Shown here: positions 1-14,624 of the stretch, one piece after another | How positions within the stretch are numbered: the first letter of the stretch is position 1 | How the letters are laid out: each line of letters opens with the position of its first letter | Assembly: GCA_951406725.2 (NCBI GenBank) | Contig: OX597818.1 | Location: 4,898,001-4,962,000, forward strand | DNA: 64,000 bases | DNA from: Octopus vulgaris | Taxonomy: Eukaryota | Direction of reading: 5' to 3' | Translations under genes and position numbers: made by a program | The notes under the pieces: model-generated | Told to the model about the DNA's origin: nothing | Seen by the model: the letters and a program-made list of their open reading frames with translations, nothing else | Databases searched by the model: none

Positions 1-155
1 CGATTACATGAACTCCATTGCTCAATTGGTACTTATTTTATCAATCTCAAAAGGATGAAAGGCAATGGCAACTTCGGTAGTATTTGATCGCAGAACGTAA
101 AGAGCCGAAAGAAATGCCACTGAGCAATTTGTCCGACGTGCTGATGATTCTTCTA
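1..155 (-). mobile_element. tRNA-derived SINE (Nin-domain type), decayed and cut by the window edge
   Basis: Contains aaaggatgaaaggcaa...tttgatcgcagaacgtaaag...gagcaattt, a diverged match to the SINE copies at 28590-29186. Confidence 0.7.
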
Positions 156-246
156 ACAATTATTACAAAAAGTATGCAACGTACACATATATACATACAT
201 TTATATGTGTATTTATACGTATATTCTTACTTAAATGTACACAGAC

Positions 247-296
<50 letters not shown>

Positions 297-1964
297 GTGA
301 ATATGTGTGTATAAACGCCAACAATTTCTAAAATATCCAATTATTGTATAAAATAGAAGAAAATTTCAATGTTTAAAATATGTTAATTTCTGATAAAATT
401 CATATAGAATCACAGTGTTAGTTTTCTATGCATACACTTTAAATATTTTTTTCAAATATTTTCTTCGTTTACTGAGAGTGAAAAGAATTCTGTCTTACAT
501 TTAAATTATTTGTAAGCATCCACAATTTTCTAGCGATAAACATCCCTATGAATATAAACTTGAAGAGAACTGTGCGAAATTAATAATAAATAAAATCAAA
601 ATAGAATTCTTTAAATAGTATTAACAAGAAGCAATAAATCAATTAACAAAATCATGTGTAAATCTTTGAAATTCAAAACAAAGAACCAACATTGAATATC
701 GAATTCTGTAAACTAATTAGTGTCCTGCTCGAATATATAATAATATAATTAGCATGTGCTGAGATGAAAATTATTCGAATTTGTGCAGAAATCACAAAGT
801 AAATTCGAATTTTGATATCATTGTATATCCAATTATTATATGATATTACGCATTTCTAAAGAAATCATAGGTGTAATTTTGGTGTCGCTTCATATTTTGC
901 CCACATTTATGTATTGCTCAGAAAATCTGATATTATTTGATATCAATTTATATAAAATGCAGTATATCAAGTGGTAATAAATATTTTTTTATGATTAGAG
1001 ATAATTTACTATTTCACCCACTATACAAAGACTGAACTTTGAACATATACAGTTTCTGGAATAGAATATATAAATCTGAACAAGCTCAACTAAGATATAA
1101 AATAGAAACGAGTGAAATAACGCATATACGCGCGCAGTTTCTTGACCAGTTAAAAATCAACAAACGTCAATAATAAAATAATAAAAATACTGCATCGGTT
1201 AGTCATGTACACGCAGACTTACACACACACACGCGCGCGCGCGCACACACACACATACACACAGAGAAAATCGAGATGTCATTTATCATAGTTCTTAATT
1301 AGAACTAATCTAGCTTAATCACAATCAAAGCTTCTACAAGCATACGATGATTATTTGCATAATATATATTAGCAATGCATGCATTAGAACATGGGTGAAT
1401 TTAACTCAATAAATCAAAACCTTGAAGGAAATTAATGAATAAATTACAATAGGAAACAATTTTATTTAACGATATTCTATTATATGAAACACAGTGTAGT
1501 CAGTAAAAGTAACATCGTATATATAATAAAAAGCAACATTGAAACCTTTTCATTCAGCATCTGGAAATTTTGAAAGGTCAGTTCGAGGAATTCTTTTCCA
1601 TATTGTAAAATATTCAAGTTCAAATGAAGAAAATATCCTGTTGAACTTTCGTTTCAACTTTCAAGTCAAGTTTCGGTACCATTTAGCATAACTTTTGTTA
1701 CATTCGAAAAATAAGTACCTAAGATTGGTTGGCAAAGTGCTGAAATATTTTATGCCCTCCCAACTACCACATATCTCCTTATCGGCCGCTGCAACACAGA
1801 AACAGTCATTTATGAAATAGTAGTAACGTCAAAGAACACAAAGAGTAGTATGTGGGTGTGAAACAAGGTCTGTTCACAATCAGATTCAACGACCATAAAT
1901 CCACATTGAATATCCAGGTGCGATGCAGTGTCACAGCTCAGGCAAGACATGTATGGTCGTTGAT

Positions 1965-2160
1965 AGAAAGCGCCACAGAAAACAATATAAATCTTGAAGA
2001 AGTTCAAACCTTATTCTAATGGTAGCAAAAAGTGCAGGTTATGTCTCACCAAGAAAAGAATTGTTATACAATTCTTATCACCCAGATATCTACCTAAACT
2101 AAAAAAGCTATTCACCCGTGCCCATATGAGAGAAGGTATCATGCTATCCTACAGACCGTA
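1965..2160 (+). pseudogene. Penelope-like element (Naiad-type) GIY-YIG C-terminal fragment
   Basis: Translation KKFKPYSNGSKKCRLCLTKK resembles the PYSNxxxxCxLCLxEK motif at the end of Naiad-type PLE ORFs. Confidence 0.6.
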
Positions 2161-2642
2161 TCATGATTATATATACTAGGATTTCCGCAGCGACCCTCCC
2201 TCCCTCTATGACATTCTAAGAACCATGCAACGTTTTTGTCCCAACCCAAGCATGGGGTTAAAGTTTAGGACAAAACCCCCCTACACGCATATATCAATAC
2301 AATTTACATTCCAGCCTTTGAAAACACTCCTACACATATATTTACACCCCAGACTCTTGATGCGACACAGCTACCTCAGATGTTTTGGTGCGAAGGTATA
2401 TAACTCTTGATAAATCCCTTTTTATTACCTCCGGCAACTTCATTTTCTCATTCTCCTGCACCACCTACAAACCAGATGTGCTTCTTCTCATCTCCTACAA
2501 CCGACATTAGCCGACATATTTTTTCCATATCTACCATTCCTGAATATTTATATTAGATAACGGCACAGTTACCTAATATCTGGTGCTGTAATGGAACGAC
2601 AATGCTCTACACTTTGAATGATACACATAGAGAGACACATGC

Positions 2643-2708
<66 letters not shown>

Positions 2709-3680
2709 AAAGGGACAACAAAACATCCAGATAGACAGTCCAGAGAAAACAAGGACGGGTCATTCGGAGTTTTCTTTCCTCAGTCGAGTTCCAGATTATC
2801 TCTGCAATTTCAGCTGGTTATACTCGAGATTGCCCCAATCTGGAAAGCCCCAAGGACATACGTACGCGTACATTTCAAATATACATTCTTTCCTCCTCTC
2901 TGATTCATACCTATTACACCAACCTATCACGTACGTCTATTTATAGAAATTTGACACCTTTGTATTCTTCCCACCTTAAATGTTACTACTAAAACTACTA
3001 CTCATTTAGTAGGGTATTACCCCACCCATACCATTTCTCTACGCATCCCTTAAGGCAGCCCTATCATATCACTCCTACTCACATGTCTCACTTATTCACT
3101 TCTTACCTTCTCATCTCTTCCTAGCCACCCCCACTCCTCTCCTATTCTCCCCTCACATTATCTTGACCACGAACTAACACTCCCTTCCTCACTTTTTTCA
3201 CCCTTTCTTCACTTTTTTCATTCCTTTCACTTTTTTGTCTTTTCTCTCCCTATCTTTATTTCTTATTTCTTTTTTTCCTTTTTCTTTTTCTTCTTTTCTC
3301 TCTTTCTTCCTCTCATTTTCGCTTCCTGTCTTCATTTTGACCTACTCCTAATTCTAATCATACACATCTCCCCCTTTATCTATCTACAAATACTACTAAT
3401 AAATTCTCATATTTTCATTCACACCACAAAACCTCTTCGAACGAGCAACACAGAATCCACAACTCCATACTTTGAAATGATTAAACATGAACTGCTATTG
3501 GAACTTACATATCATGTACAGGAAACATTTTTTACCACTTTAGTCGAATAATGGAACTGCAACTACAATATTTTATATTTTATTTCTACTTTCATTCTCT
3601 TGTATTTGCTCTATATTCCCTAAGTCCTCCTTTTCCATAATAATCGCTTATTACGAACTCAAATATATACCTCTCACATC

Positions 3681-3728
3681 GTCTCTCATGAATGGATATC
3701 AATAATATCCCAGAAACAGCTGTAAGAC
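3681..3728 (+). ncRNA. Type I hammerhead ribozyme motif, degenerate core (CUCAUGA)
   Basis: gtct-CTCATGA-..ggatat/atatcc..-GAAA-CAGCT-GTA-agac. Stem I gtct/agac; palindromic stem III ACAGCTGT; G5 is mutated. Confidence 0.65.
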
Positions 3729-3795
3729 TATATCTATATCTCTTTTTTATTATTGTCGTGTAAACTCATAGCCTTGGCTTTGTTATCTCATTTTA

Positions 3796-3879
<84 letters not shown>

Positions 3880-3991
3880 CTACTACTACTACTATTAAAA
3901 AGGATGAAGTTTTTTCTCTACAGAAAAGAATTCCATCAGGAAGTGTGGCAGTATATTAAAAGAACCTTTACGGTTCTTTTAATGTATTTGT

Positions 3992-4020
<29 letters not shown>

Positions 4021-4025
<5 letters not shown>

Positions 4026-4577
4026 ACAAATAAGAAAATGGAGAAACAAATTTGGTTTGTTCATCAAATTACGGATATTATAATGTTGGATTATTTATTC
4101 ATTTTTATAAATAGAACAACAAAAGCATACAAAAATATTAATTCTTTGATGTAATAGTCCTTGGTTGGTATGGGTATATCTTTTACTGATGAATCAATCT
4201 GTATTTTCTCCATTTTTCAAAAAGTATTCATTTTGAGGGATTAATATACTATACTTAAATGCATTCACTTATACTAGCAATACTCCAAATATTGCATAGA
4301 TAATTCATACATATACAAGTATTAGTAATAGATATTCCTGAAATAATTAACTTTATAGTACAAAGTAAGATAGGGGTTATCGGTGATGGAGAAGATACGG
4401 ATTGATTCATCACTAAAAGATATACCCATACCAACCAAGGACTATTACATCAAAGAATTAATATTTTTGTATGCTTTGATCTTCTCATTTGTAAAATGAA
4501 TAAATAATCCAACATTATAATATCCGTAAGTTGATGAACAAACCAAATTTGTTTCTCCATTTTCTTATTTGTATTAT
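4021..4577. repeat. Inverted repeat, ~190-bp arms with ~170-bp spacer, abutting (TA)n
   Basis: 4021-4214 is the diverged reverse complement of 4384-4577. Confidence 0.9.
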
Positions 4578-5739
4578 ATTACGGTAAAAATATTTCTTTA
4601 CCTTCACCTGTTTAATGCAATAAATGACGTAATTGCATTGTAATTAAAAACAATTATGTATTAAGAATTTGGGTATTTTATCAGCAGTATATTGGATAAA
4701 TGATATCCCATAGTGGGTTACACCTATCTTACTTTGTACTATATATATATATATACAAGCACACACATATATAAACACTTTTATGTATACATATACTTAT
4801 ATATATTCTTAGGTGTATCCACTGTCAAACATAAAACTATCAATATATATATATATATATACTCGGCTCACGCGCATACTCACAAAAATACATACATATA
4901 CCCTTAGACATAAATATTTACAAACAGATATATCAGAACAATAAATGTATAATGCCGAATACTTGCTCAAATACACATAAGCATACATACGCACAATACG
5001 CTAGACGATCATTGAATAGAAGGACAGAAAAAACAGTTAAAGATAAAAAAGCACTGACATGAGACGGGTTAACAAAGTTTAAATGTATGGTTAAAAATGC
5101 ATAAATGTATACTCATAAATTCCTTGCAAACAAATCCGGAAAATACATTCATTTATATCATAATTAGAATGTAGTTTTCAAGCAGATGTGTGCAGATAGG
5201 ATAGTCAGTATCAATAACTGAAAAAAGAAATGAAACAGCGGATGAAGAACAGAGATTAAAAATATATAAATTGACAGGAATTAGAAAGTAACTACTGTAA
5301 GAAGTGAACTATCAGAAACATGGGAGACATACTATATTTAGTCAAAGCAGTACAAAGCTACGTTGTAGTAACATAGAAAGGTAGTGTAGTAGGTGAGGAG
5401 TCTATCATGAAAATTACTATTACACTAAATGATGTTAAATAGAGTAAGATGCTAAAGGCGCGGGCAAGTGAGGCACCTTAAGAAACTATCATTAAGTACA
5501 AATTAAGAAAGAGTAACAAGAATTGTCTGATGGGAATTATGTCCTTTCTTTATGAGCAGAGAAAGTTATTTTATAACTGATCTGTACATCACATAACCAA
5601 ATCATTAGATTTTAAATCCCTACTCCGTTAAACTATCATACTATACTACTCCTAACATAGCTGGTGTTATACGTAGAATTAATTATAAAAGACTAAACAG
5701 TCCACCTATCCTTAAGACCAGCAATGCCAGTACCAAATA

Positions 5740-6520
5740 GCAACCCCAAACACCTTGGCCATTCTTCCTGTTAGTTTAAATTAGGAATTATTTAAAACCC
5801 GGCATTAGAGATGGCAAGTCACGACTGGAAGAGAAAAAGGGGTCAGCACTTTATTCATAGTGCAGACCCTAATTTTTTTTCCATAGTCATGATCAGAAAA
5901 ATGCGGAATTCAGTCTTTTGTTAAGATAATACAAAGGTCTAACCACTCCTAGCTACAATCATGGTATTCTCTATAAATGCTGATCCCAAGAAACATTTTT
6001 TATTTCATTTAGTCTGTTTCCTATTACTTTTGTAAGTGTCGGGCAGGTTAATATATCAATATGTTTTCTACAGTTGCTCTAAAAATCGAGACTATTAGAT
6101 TTGGATCCCGTATTGTGAACTTTGTGTTCGCTATTGAGCGTTCTTGCTTTTTACTGAGAATGTAATTTCAGTTCTTATTTTATTGTATCTCTTTCTGGGC
6201 TTTCTATCAGCGATACGTATTACTTGGAGTCATTTACACAATTTTTACAATAAAGCCAATGTTATCGTCATTGACACACAGTTCGATCTGTTTTTCTGCT
6301 TTCTCAAATCGTTGAAGTGGTAGTGAAGCCTCGTATGTAGTATTAGAATAAAGAGCTATATAATCTGACCAACCTGTATCAGTAAGAACAGTTGTAGTAT
6401 GAAATCTACTTTTGGAGAAGCTGTTTAGAAAATTGTTTCTTTTGCATTTGATGTTTTTGACTCAACCCATCGATTCAAACTTGGATATCCCGAATACCAT
6501 AGTAGCTGCAATGATACTGT
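5740..6520 (-). pseudogene. Possible highly decayed LTR-retrotransposon (Gypsy-like) integrase remnant
   Basis: Short minus-strand peptides NSFSK, SQYGI.NLIVS and WDQHL occur in the order expected for an rve integrase; heavily frameshifted. Confidence 0.3.
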
Positions 6521-7185
6521 CTACAAAGTTACCGTCATTCAGATTTTATTATCTGATGACTTTAGAAATTTCTATGAGATTTTTGTAGGAGTACGCTCTT
6601 GTACCATTTCTGTTCTTTGTGGTCTTGGGATACGCATTACGAATTACAGCAACATAACTTAATAAAGGTTCTATAATGTTATTTATAGCGAATAAATGTA
6701 AATTACATTAAGTCATACACATATAAATACATTAAGTTTTCGTCATTTATATTGCATATACCATTAATTATGGTATCAACAATCAATCAAACTAATGACT
6801 TTGACTCATATTATAGAAATTAGGATTCTAGTCACGAACGTATATAAATTAATGCACTTGTTATAACATTATTTCTGTCGTGCCGAATATCAAAATAGCG
6901 ATAGTATTTCAGAATACCTCCATAAGTCACTGATATAACAATAACCTTCCGTTACTTGACAATAAATTACTTGACAATAATATCAAGAAAGGTTTTCTAA
7001 AATTTCTAAGTAAATGGGTATTGACTTTTCCATATTAGAGTATCCCGTCATGATTTTAATCTGTTGTGTAAGTACAAAAGCTAATTAACATTTTAAATCA
7101 GTCGAATAAGTAAAAATGAATTCCTATTATACGTAAGAAATTAATTCTACACGATATAATTGAAATATATTTAGTTGGCTTAATT

Positions 7186-9363
7186 CACTGTGCAACACTC
7201 AAAAAAAGATCTGTGGCCATTTTTATATGAAAAATGACATGGGAAATCCATATCTTGCCTTCTTTTTGTTGAATTAGGCATGGTTTCTACAGAATTGTCA
7301 CTGTATACTCTTTTTGTCATTGTTATTAAATAAAATTCTCTACCGCATTGTAAAATGAGTTTCAACCCAGGGCTAGAGACCAATCTTAGTAACACCTACA
7401 ATGAGATTCAAAGCTTGTGTTTAATGTTATTTTTTATCTTTCAGATCTTATTTGTTTTCAACAATAAGTGCAAGACAGTGCAAGAATGATCCAAACAGAT
7501 TCTGTTATATCTGTGGGGAATTGATTTTTGCTAAAAAAAAAAAAGCACAGTATTACACGCCATATCAAGAAAATATACAAGGCGTACTTCAATTGTTACT
7601 TGGGAGACCAGGATAAGTCATGGACTCCTCATGTGTGTTGCCTTACATGTGTGAAGACATTGAGTGCCTGGGATGCAGGAAAAAATGTTCACATAAAGTT
7701 TGGTGTGCCAATGATTTGGCGTGAGCAGAAAGATCACTCTAATGATTGCTATTTCTGTCACCATGACTTTACAGGCTGTACTACAGCAAAGGAAAAGAAA
7801 CATATTGTTTATCAAAATTTACGATCACCAATGCGCCCAGTAGAGCACTCAGATAATTTACCTGTGCCCAAACCACCAGATCAAGAAATGCAGAGTTCCA
7901 GCAGTGCTGATGAACATTCCAGTGGTGAATGTGTGGAGCCCAATGATCCAGAAAGCGAGAATAAATCAATACCGTTTTCTCAAAATGCTCTAAATGACTT
8001 GTGCAGGGATCTCTATTTAACCAAAGAGAAAAGTGAGTTCCTGGCATCAAGGCTTCAATAACGTAATCTTCTTGAGAAGGGGTTGAAGATAACACTGTAC
8101 AGAAAACGTACAGAAGATTTGCTTGCATTATTCACCATGAAGGATGACTTGTGCTTTTGTAATGATATCACTGAACTTTTTGAGCAACTGAACATACCAT
8201 ATGATAAAACCAACTGGCGACTTTTCATAGATGCATCCTAGGACAGCATCCAAGCTGTTCTGCTATACAATGGTAACATTCTGCCTTCTGTTCCCATAGT
8301 TTACAGCACACCCACGAAAGAATCATGAAAATCTGAAAGCAATTCTAACAAGCACACAGTATGATGACCATACCTGGCATATTTGTGCAGATTTTAAGGT
8401 TGTGGCCATGCTTACTGGCCTTCAGCTTGGCTTTGCTAAATTCTGCTGCTTCCTGTGCTTATGGAATTCCAGAGCAAGAGCTGAACATTATGTACGCAAG
8501 GATTGGCCGATGAAATTGAGTACGGAAAACAATATCATGCACAAACCACTTGTGAAAATTGATAGAATTCTTTTACTACCTTTGCATATTAAACTTGGTT
8601 TGTTTAAGCAATTTGTTAAAGCCTTGGACAAGGAATCCCCCGCATTTGCATATTTTGTAGAAAAGTTCCCTTTCCTAAGTCAAGCTAAAATGAAAGGTAT
8701 CTTCATAGGTCCCCAAATTCGAAAAATTGTACTTCATCACACATCTCAAGAGAAAAGAGAAGCTTGTCTTTGAGTCATTCAAGAAAGTTTGCGATAACTT
8801 CCTGGGAAACCATCGTTCAGAAGACCATGTGCAAGTTGTGAATGATCTGCTGAGTCATTATCATGATATGGGATGTAACATGTCTCTAAAAGTTTATGTG
8901 CTTCACTCTCATTTGGATTTTTTGCGGAAAATCTTGGTGATGTGAGTGATGAACATGGCGAAAGATTTCATCAGGATGCTTCAGTGATGGAGCAAAGATT
9001 CAAAGGAAAATGGAACCCTGGCATGTTGGCAGACTACTGCTAGGGTATAAAATACGATCACACTCCGCACGAGAGGCTTAGAAGGACAATAGTTATTTAA
9101 ACTGACAGGTGTGTTTTTAATTCATAACCAATATATGTTTTGTTATACCAACTAAATATTTTTGTAACTTTCAATATTTGCAATGTCGTGTTCAATACGC
9201 AATATTATGCAGTATATTATAAAATATATGGTTCATGGTACAGGAAAACGGTGCCTAATCTGGAGAAATAAAGGTCAGAATCAGAATCAGGACAATTTTT
9301 TGACCTAGAAACAAGTCTTACTTAACTTGTAGTTTTTTTGAACCTGAAATTTGTTGCACAGTG
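7186..9363 (+). mobile_element. Chapaev3-like (CMC superfamily) DNA transposon, full length
   Basis: TIRs CACTGTGCAACA (from 7186) and TGTTGCACAGTG (to 9363) enclose a transposase pseudogene. Confidence 0.85.
7464..9050 (+). pseudogene. Chapaev3-type transposase, frameshifted with stops
   Basis: Cys-rich N-terminus CKNDPNRFCYICG..GDQDKSWTPHVCCLTC..DCYFC, then LLPLHIKLGLFKQFVKAL, MSLKVYVLHSHLDF and SDEHGERFHQD. Confidence 0.8.
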
Positions 9364-9601
9364 TCCTCAATAGCAATTTGCCTTGTTAGAAATCATTGTT
9401 AAGGAGTACGAACTCAGCTAATTTGCACCGAATTTGCTTAGCGTATATTTGGAATAAAATTTCCTTGACAAAACTTGTTATGTAAAAAGCTTGAAAATAT
9501 CGTGTTATGTTTACTAAAATCTTAAATGTAGTTGTTGCTGTATTGTTACGCACAAAAAATGAAATATCAGTATTTAAAAATAAAACAACTAAAAACTAAA
9601 A

Positions 9602-9706
<105 letters not shown>

Positions 9707-9719
9707 ATTTTTAAAATTA

Positions 9720-10340
9720 TTCTTTAAAAAAAGATTTAAATTCTTTATTAGAATGTCACTAACCGTTTTCGGAAGAAGTTTCCTTCTTGTGTGTGTGAGC
9801 GCTTTCAGTTATATTTTCAAACACTCATGTTCTTGGTTAATGTATGAAAGGGGAATTTGTTGTTTTTGTAGTAGTGGTAGTATTAATTATATCCGGTTTA
9901 TTTTCAGACTTAATGTTTTCATGAAGTATTCTTCCCTTGTCTTTGCATTTCCTTTGCATTTGTTATGCCATGTTGAATTAGCTTTTGTGGGTATTTTTGT
10001 TTCTGAAAGAATATATTAAGTTCTGCCAGTCGTTTCTCTAATATCATGGTATCTGTGACTATTGAGCATATGCGACTTGCCATATTAAATAGTATGGTCC
10101 TCTTTGGCAAGATCTAAAATCTAAATAGTGGTGTGTGTCTTTGGTCTTGTTGTAGAGGCCAGTTGTAACTGGCTCATTTTCTTTAATTATCAGAATGTTG
10201 AGAAAGGGGAGTTCTTTTTCATTCATTTCCGTAGTGAATTGGATTGAGACATGGATTATTTTTAATAATTTAAGAAATTTTGTAAGGTCCTCTTTACTTT
10301 GGTTCCAAAATAGGAAACAGTCATCTAAGAACCTATAAGA
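9720..10340 (-). pseudogene. Penelope-like element reverse transcriptase fragment
   Basis: Minus strand reads RFLDDCFLFW, IQFTTEMNEKELPFL and ASRICSIVTD...LEKRLAEL...QKYP. Confidence 0.8.
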
Positions 10341-10389
10341 CAGGTTTGGAAGTAATAGTTTGGAAGTGGTTCGGATTGATATATATATT

Positions 10390-10562
10390 CTCTTTTACTC
10401 TTTTACTTGTTTCAGTCATTTGACTGTGGCCATGCTGGAGCAAGGCCTTTAGTCTAGCAAATAGACCCCGGAACTTATTCTTTGTAAGCCTAGGACTTAT
10501 TCGATCGGTCTCTTTTGCCGAACCGCTAAGTTATGGGGACGTAAACCCACAAACACACACAC

Positions 10563-10593
<31 letters not shown>

Positions 10594-10747
10594 CGACGAT
10601 TTACTTTCAGTTTCCGTCTACGAAATCCACTCACAAGGCTTTGGTCCGAGGTTATAGTAGAATACACCTGCCCAAGGTGCCACCCAGTGGGACTGAACCC
10701 GAAAGCATGTGGTTCGTAAGCAAGCTACTTACCACAGAGCCACTCCT
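10390..10747 (-). mobile_element. tRNA-derived SINE with LINE-like 3' tail
   Basis: Minus-strand head ggagtggctctgtggtaag (A-box-like) and gggttcagtccc (B-box-like); internal (CA)n/(TA)n; 3' stem-loop tail ending in (gagtaaaa) repeats. Confidence 0.85.
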
Positions 10748-10877
10748 ATATATATATATATAATTAAAAAACGAAAGAAAAACAACAAGAAAAAAAAGCA
10801 AGACATCAAGAAAAAACAACAACGCGCGGACATGCAAAGTATTAATAATTCGCTTAGAGAAGGAAAAAAGAGTAGTT

Positions 10878-10912
10878 GTTTTACGTTTCGAGCAAAGCTC
10901 TCCTTCGGAAAC
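10878..10912 (-). ncRNA. Minimal hammerhead motif, C4-variant family, decayed
   Basis: Reverse complement gttt-CCGAAGG-agagctttgctc-GAAAC-GTA-aaac, lying in a PLE-type terminal repeat (10760-11000). Confidence 0.55.
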
Positions 10913-12090
10913 AGAAGACATAAAAAAGTCCAAAAGAAAGAAAAGAAGAAAAAATCACCAACAGTCCACGTGAAGTTACATTTTTGAATGACCGGAAGTA
11001 GATGGACAAACTGAGAGTGTGAAGAATGGCTGGTATCTGTGTGTATGTGTGTGTGCGTGTGGAAGTAACTGAGTGTGTGTGTGTGCGTGCGGTGGTAGTG
11101 ACATGTGTGTGTGTGTGTGTGTGATATCGTGTGTGTGCATGGTAGCGTGTTTGTGGCAGTAACTAGGTGCGCGTGTGTTTGTGTGCGTGGCAGCGTGTGT
11201 TTGTGTATGTGGTGGTAATTTTGTGTATGTGTGGTGGTAACTCTGTGTATGTGCGTGGTAGCGTGTGTGTGTGTGGTGGTAACTCTGTGTGTGTGTGATA
11301 TTAACTGTTTACATGTGTTTATCTGAGTGATATGTGTGTGTATTTATATCATCATTACGACTGCATTCAATAAATAAGCCTTCACGAATTCACTAAATTA
11401 ATACTAGTCTGGTTAATAGTCTATTCTAGTGTAAGTTATTTCCAGTAGAAGGTATGGTATATTATTCTTTCACATAGATGAAGGCAATGTGTAAGAATAA
11501 CGGTGAAACATAGAGGATGAATGTTGAATTTCAACCCTATTAACTGAAGTTATATTTTCCCAATTATTAGAAGCTGAAAAGTCTACTAGACATCACTTTT
11601 ATAGATATACAGTGGAAAGGTTCTGTCCTAATTCTCGCTTAATGATGAATTAAGTCGGTGGGCTCCGATTTCTCGTTTTACACAATTTATTGTCAGGGTT
11701 GACTTATTCCATCTACCGAGTTCAAGCAAAAGTTATATCACAATGAAATTGTGGACATAGAGTACTTAGTCTTTAACAAAGGTTAACGTGTGCTTCAATC
11801 CGATTGGTTTAACAGCCGGACACTAACCAGGAACTGCATTTTCCTAGATATGTATTCGTACAATTGGTTCATCCACCCTTTTGTTAAGTATGCTTTTCAA
11901 GATGATATTCTACGGAGGACAGCCGCAGATCAGATGGGTGGCACTTAAAATCAAAGGATCCAATGCTGGAGGAGATAGAAGAGAGAACTACCGGCGCGCC
12001 ACCTTCCTTGATCCTTTATATACACATACATACATACATACATACATACATACATACATACATACACACACACATACATACATACATACA

Positions 12091-12160
<70 letters not shown>

Positions 12161-12164
<4 letters not shown>

Positions 12165-12584
12165 TCGCCATACTAATATGGCAGTCTTATAAATATAAGA
12201 CTAAAGTTGTCGCTGATTAGCGCCATGAGGCCATCGCCTTAAGCTAGCTATTTGACACACAAACTGCGTCCATTTTAAACCTTCGAACAAGGGAGGTCAG
12301 CCGCTTCATCCTGCCAGTCAGACAGCTACAGACGACGTTTCAGGGTTGTTGCCCCTTATCAATGCAAGTCTGACTACGCTGCATTGATAAGGGGCAACAA
12401 CCCTGAAACGTCGTCTGTAGCTGTCTGACTGACAGGATGAAGCGGCTGACCTCCCTTGTTCGAAGGTTTAAAATGAACGCAGTTTGTGTGTTAAATAGCT
12501 AGCTTAAGGCGATGGCCTCATGGAGCTAATCAGCGACAGCCGGACATTATATTTATAAGACTGCCATATTAGTATGGCGATAAC
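12161..12584. repeat. Inverted repeat with ~205-bp arms, each carrying an HHR motif
   Basis: 12161-12366 is the reverse complement of 12380-12584, with a 13-bp spacer; begins directly at the end of (TA)n. Confidence 0.92.
12378..12421 (+). ncRNA. Type I hammerhead ribozyme motif, U3-A8 variant (mirror copy 12325-12366 on minus strand)
   Basis: gctgca-TTGATAA-gggg(caacaa)ccct-GAAAC-gtc-GTC-tgtagc. Confidence 0.75.
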
Positions 12585-12739
12585 TATTAATTTCCAGTAA
12601 CGCTGTCGTAATCTCCTTTAGAGAGACTTAGTAATTTTAATATTTCTATTATTTAAAACAAGTGGATGTATTCCACTGAAACTAGGTAAATAAAAGCCTT
12701 CGAAATGGGACGATCAGTAGCGACACCTGCAAGTCTAAC

Positions 12740-14280
12740 TACACACACACACGCATACATACATACATTACGCTTATACCTACACACATACACACATACA
12801 CACATACATACATACACAAGACATACATACATACAGACATACACCCATACGCTCTCACATACATACATACACACATACACACACACATACACACCCACAA
12901 ACACACGCACACGTATACATACACACACACGCATACATACATACATTACGCCCACACAACTCCAGAGGAAACCCCCACGCACACACGCATACATTCACAC
13001 ACACACACATACGTACACATACATACATACATACATTCATACTTTCATTCGTACATACCACATACATACACACACACACAAACATACACATACACACACA
13101 TACATACATACACACATACATACACACATACATATATACACACACGCACACACATACATACACACACACATACACACACACACATATACGTACATACACA
13201 TATACACACACATGCATACACACACATGCATACACACATACATACGCACATGCATGCACACATGCATACATACATACACACACACATACACACATACACG
13301 CATGCACACATACATACATACATACACACACATACTTACACACACACATACATACACACACTTACACACATACACACATACATACATACACACATACACA
13401 CATACACACACACATGCATACATACATACACACACATACATACATACACGCACACACATATACACATATACACACACACATACTTACATACACTCATACG
13501 GACATACATACACACAGGCATACACACCTACACACTCACACATACACATATACATACACACACACATACCTATATACACACTCGCATGCACACGCATACA
13601 CATGCATGCGCGCTCGCACGTACACATACATACATGCATGCACGCATGCCTTTGGGGGTCTGGCTTTATTTTGGGCGCGCGTCTGGGCGTGTGCGTGTGG
13701 GCCTGTAGTTTCGCATGCGCCCGCACCACGATAGTCTTTTCCATCTGTCCTTCGGTTGCGAAGTATGTCTTTGCGTGCATATATATGCACGCATGCGGAC
13801 ATATATATATGTATATGTGTGTATGTATGTATGTGTGTGTGCGTGTGTATGTGTGTATATATATGCAAACATATATACACACATTTGTACGCGCGCGCAC
13901 ATACATACATTCACTCCCACGCACGTACACACACACATTTACATATAACTACAATACACGCACACAGACATACACACGTACAAACACCCACTAATTCACA
14001 CACACACCGACACATATACATACACACAACATATACCTCCACGCGCACGCACACATACACATACGTACACACATATAAGCACAGACACACACAGACATAC
14101 GCACACTCGCACACAATCATACATAGTATATATACACACACACGCACGTACAAGCACACACGCACACATACACTAAGTCTAAGCACACTTACTCGCCATA
14201 CACACAAAAAACGCACACGTACACACACACATACTCCAATAAAACACACACACGATACATATACACGCACACACACATAC
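12740..14280. repeat. Long degenerate (CA)n/(TACA)n low-complexity tract
   Basis: Seen directly; accounts for the H/T/Y- and C/V/M-rich pseudo-ORFs. Confidence 0.95.
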
Positions 14281-14624
14281 CTCCCTGTTTTTGACCTGCC
14301 TTTCTGACTTACTAGGGTACCCTCACCCACTCCTTAATTCCCTACTGCCTGCTACCAGCCATCGTCCACCATTCCACTACAGCTTGCTAGTAGCCATCGT
14401 CCACCATACACACACATACACACACACGCACACACTCACACACACACACCCTTGTCATCTCGCACACCTTTTTTACCATTCATTTTCTGATTCCACTCTT
14501 TTGTTTTTAAAAAACACTTTTCCTTCCTTTTGACCACTTCCGTCTTTTTAGTATGTGACCTCGTGTAGACTACCTGCTATTTTTTTCCTCTGTCCTCCCG
14601 TCTCGGGATGCTTCTTTCTCCTAT

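Noticed and set aside
2745-2800. Minus-strand CTGAGGA...GAA...GTC resembling an HHR
   Set aside because: GAAA is incomplete and the stems do not pair
12653-14330. Long His/Thr/Tyr- and Cys/Val/Met-rich ORFs, including the 429-aa ORF
   Set aside because: Translations of (CA)n/(TACA)n repeats, open in all frames
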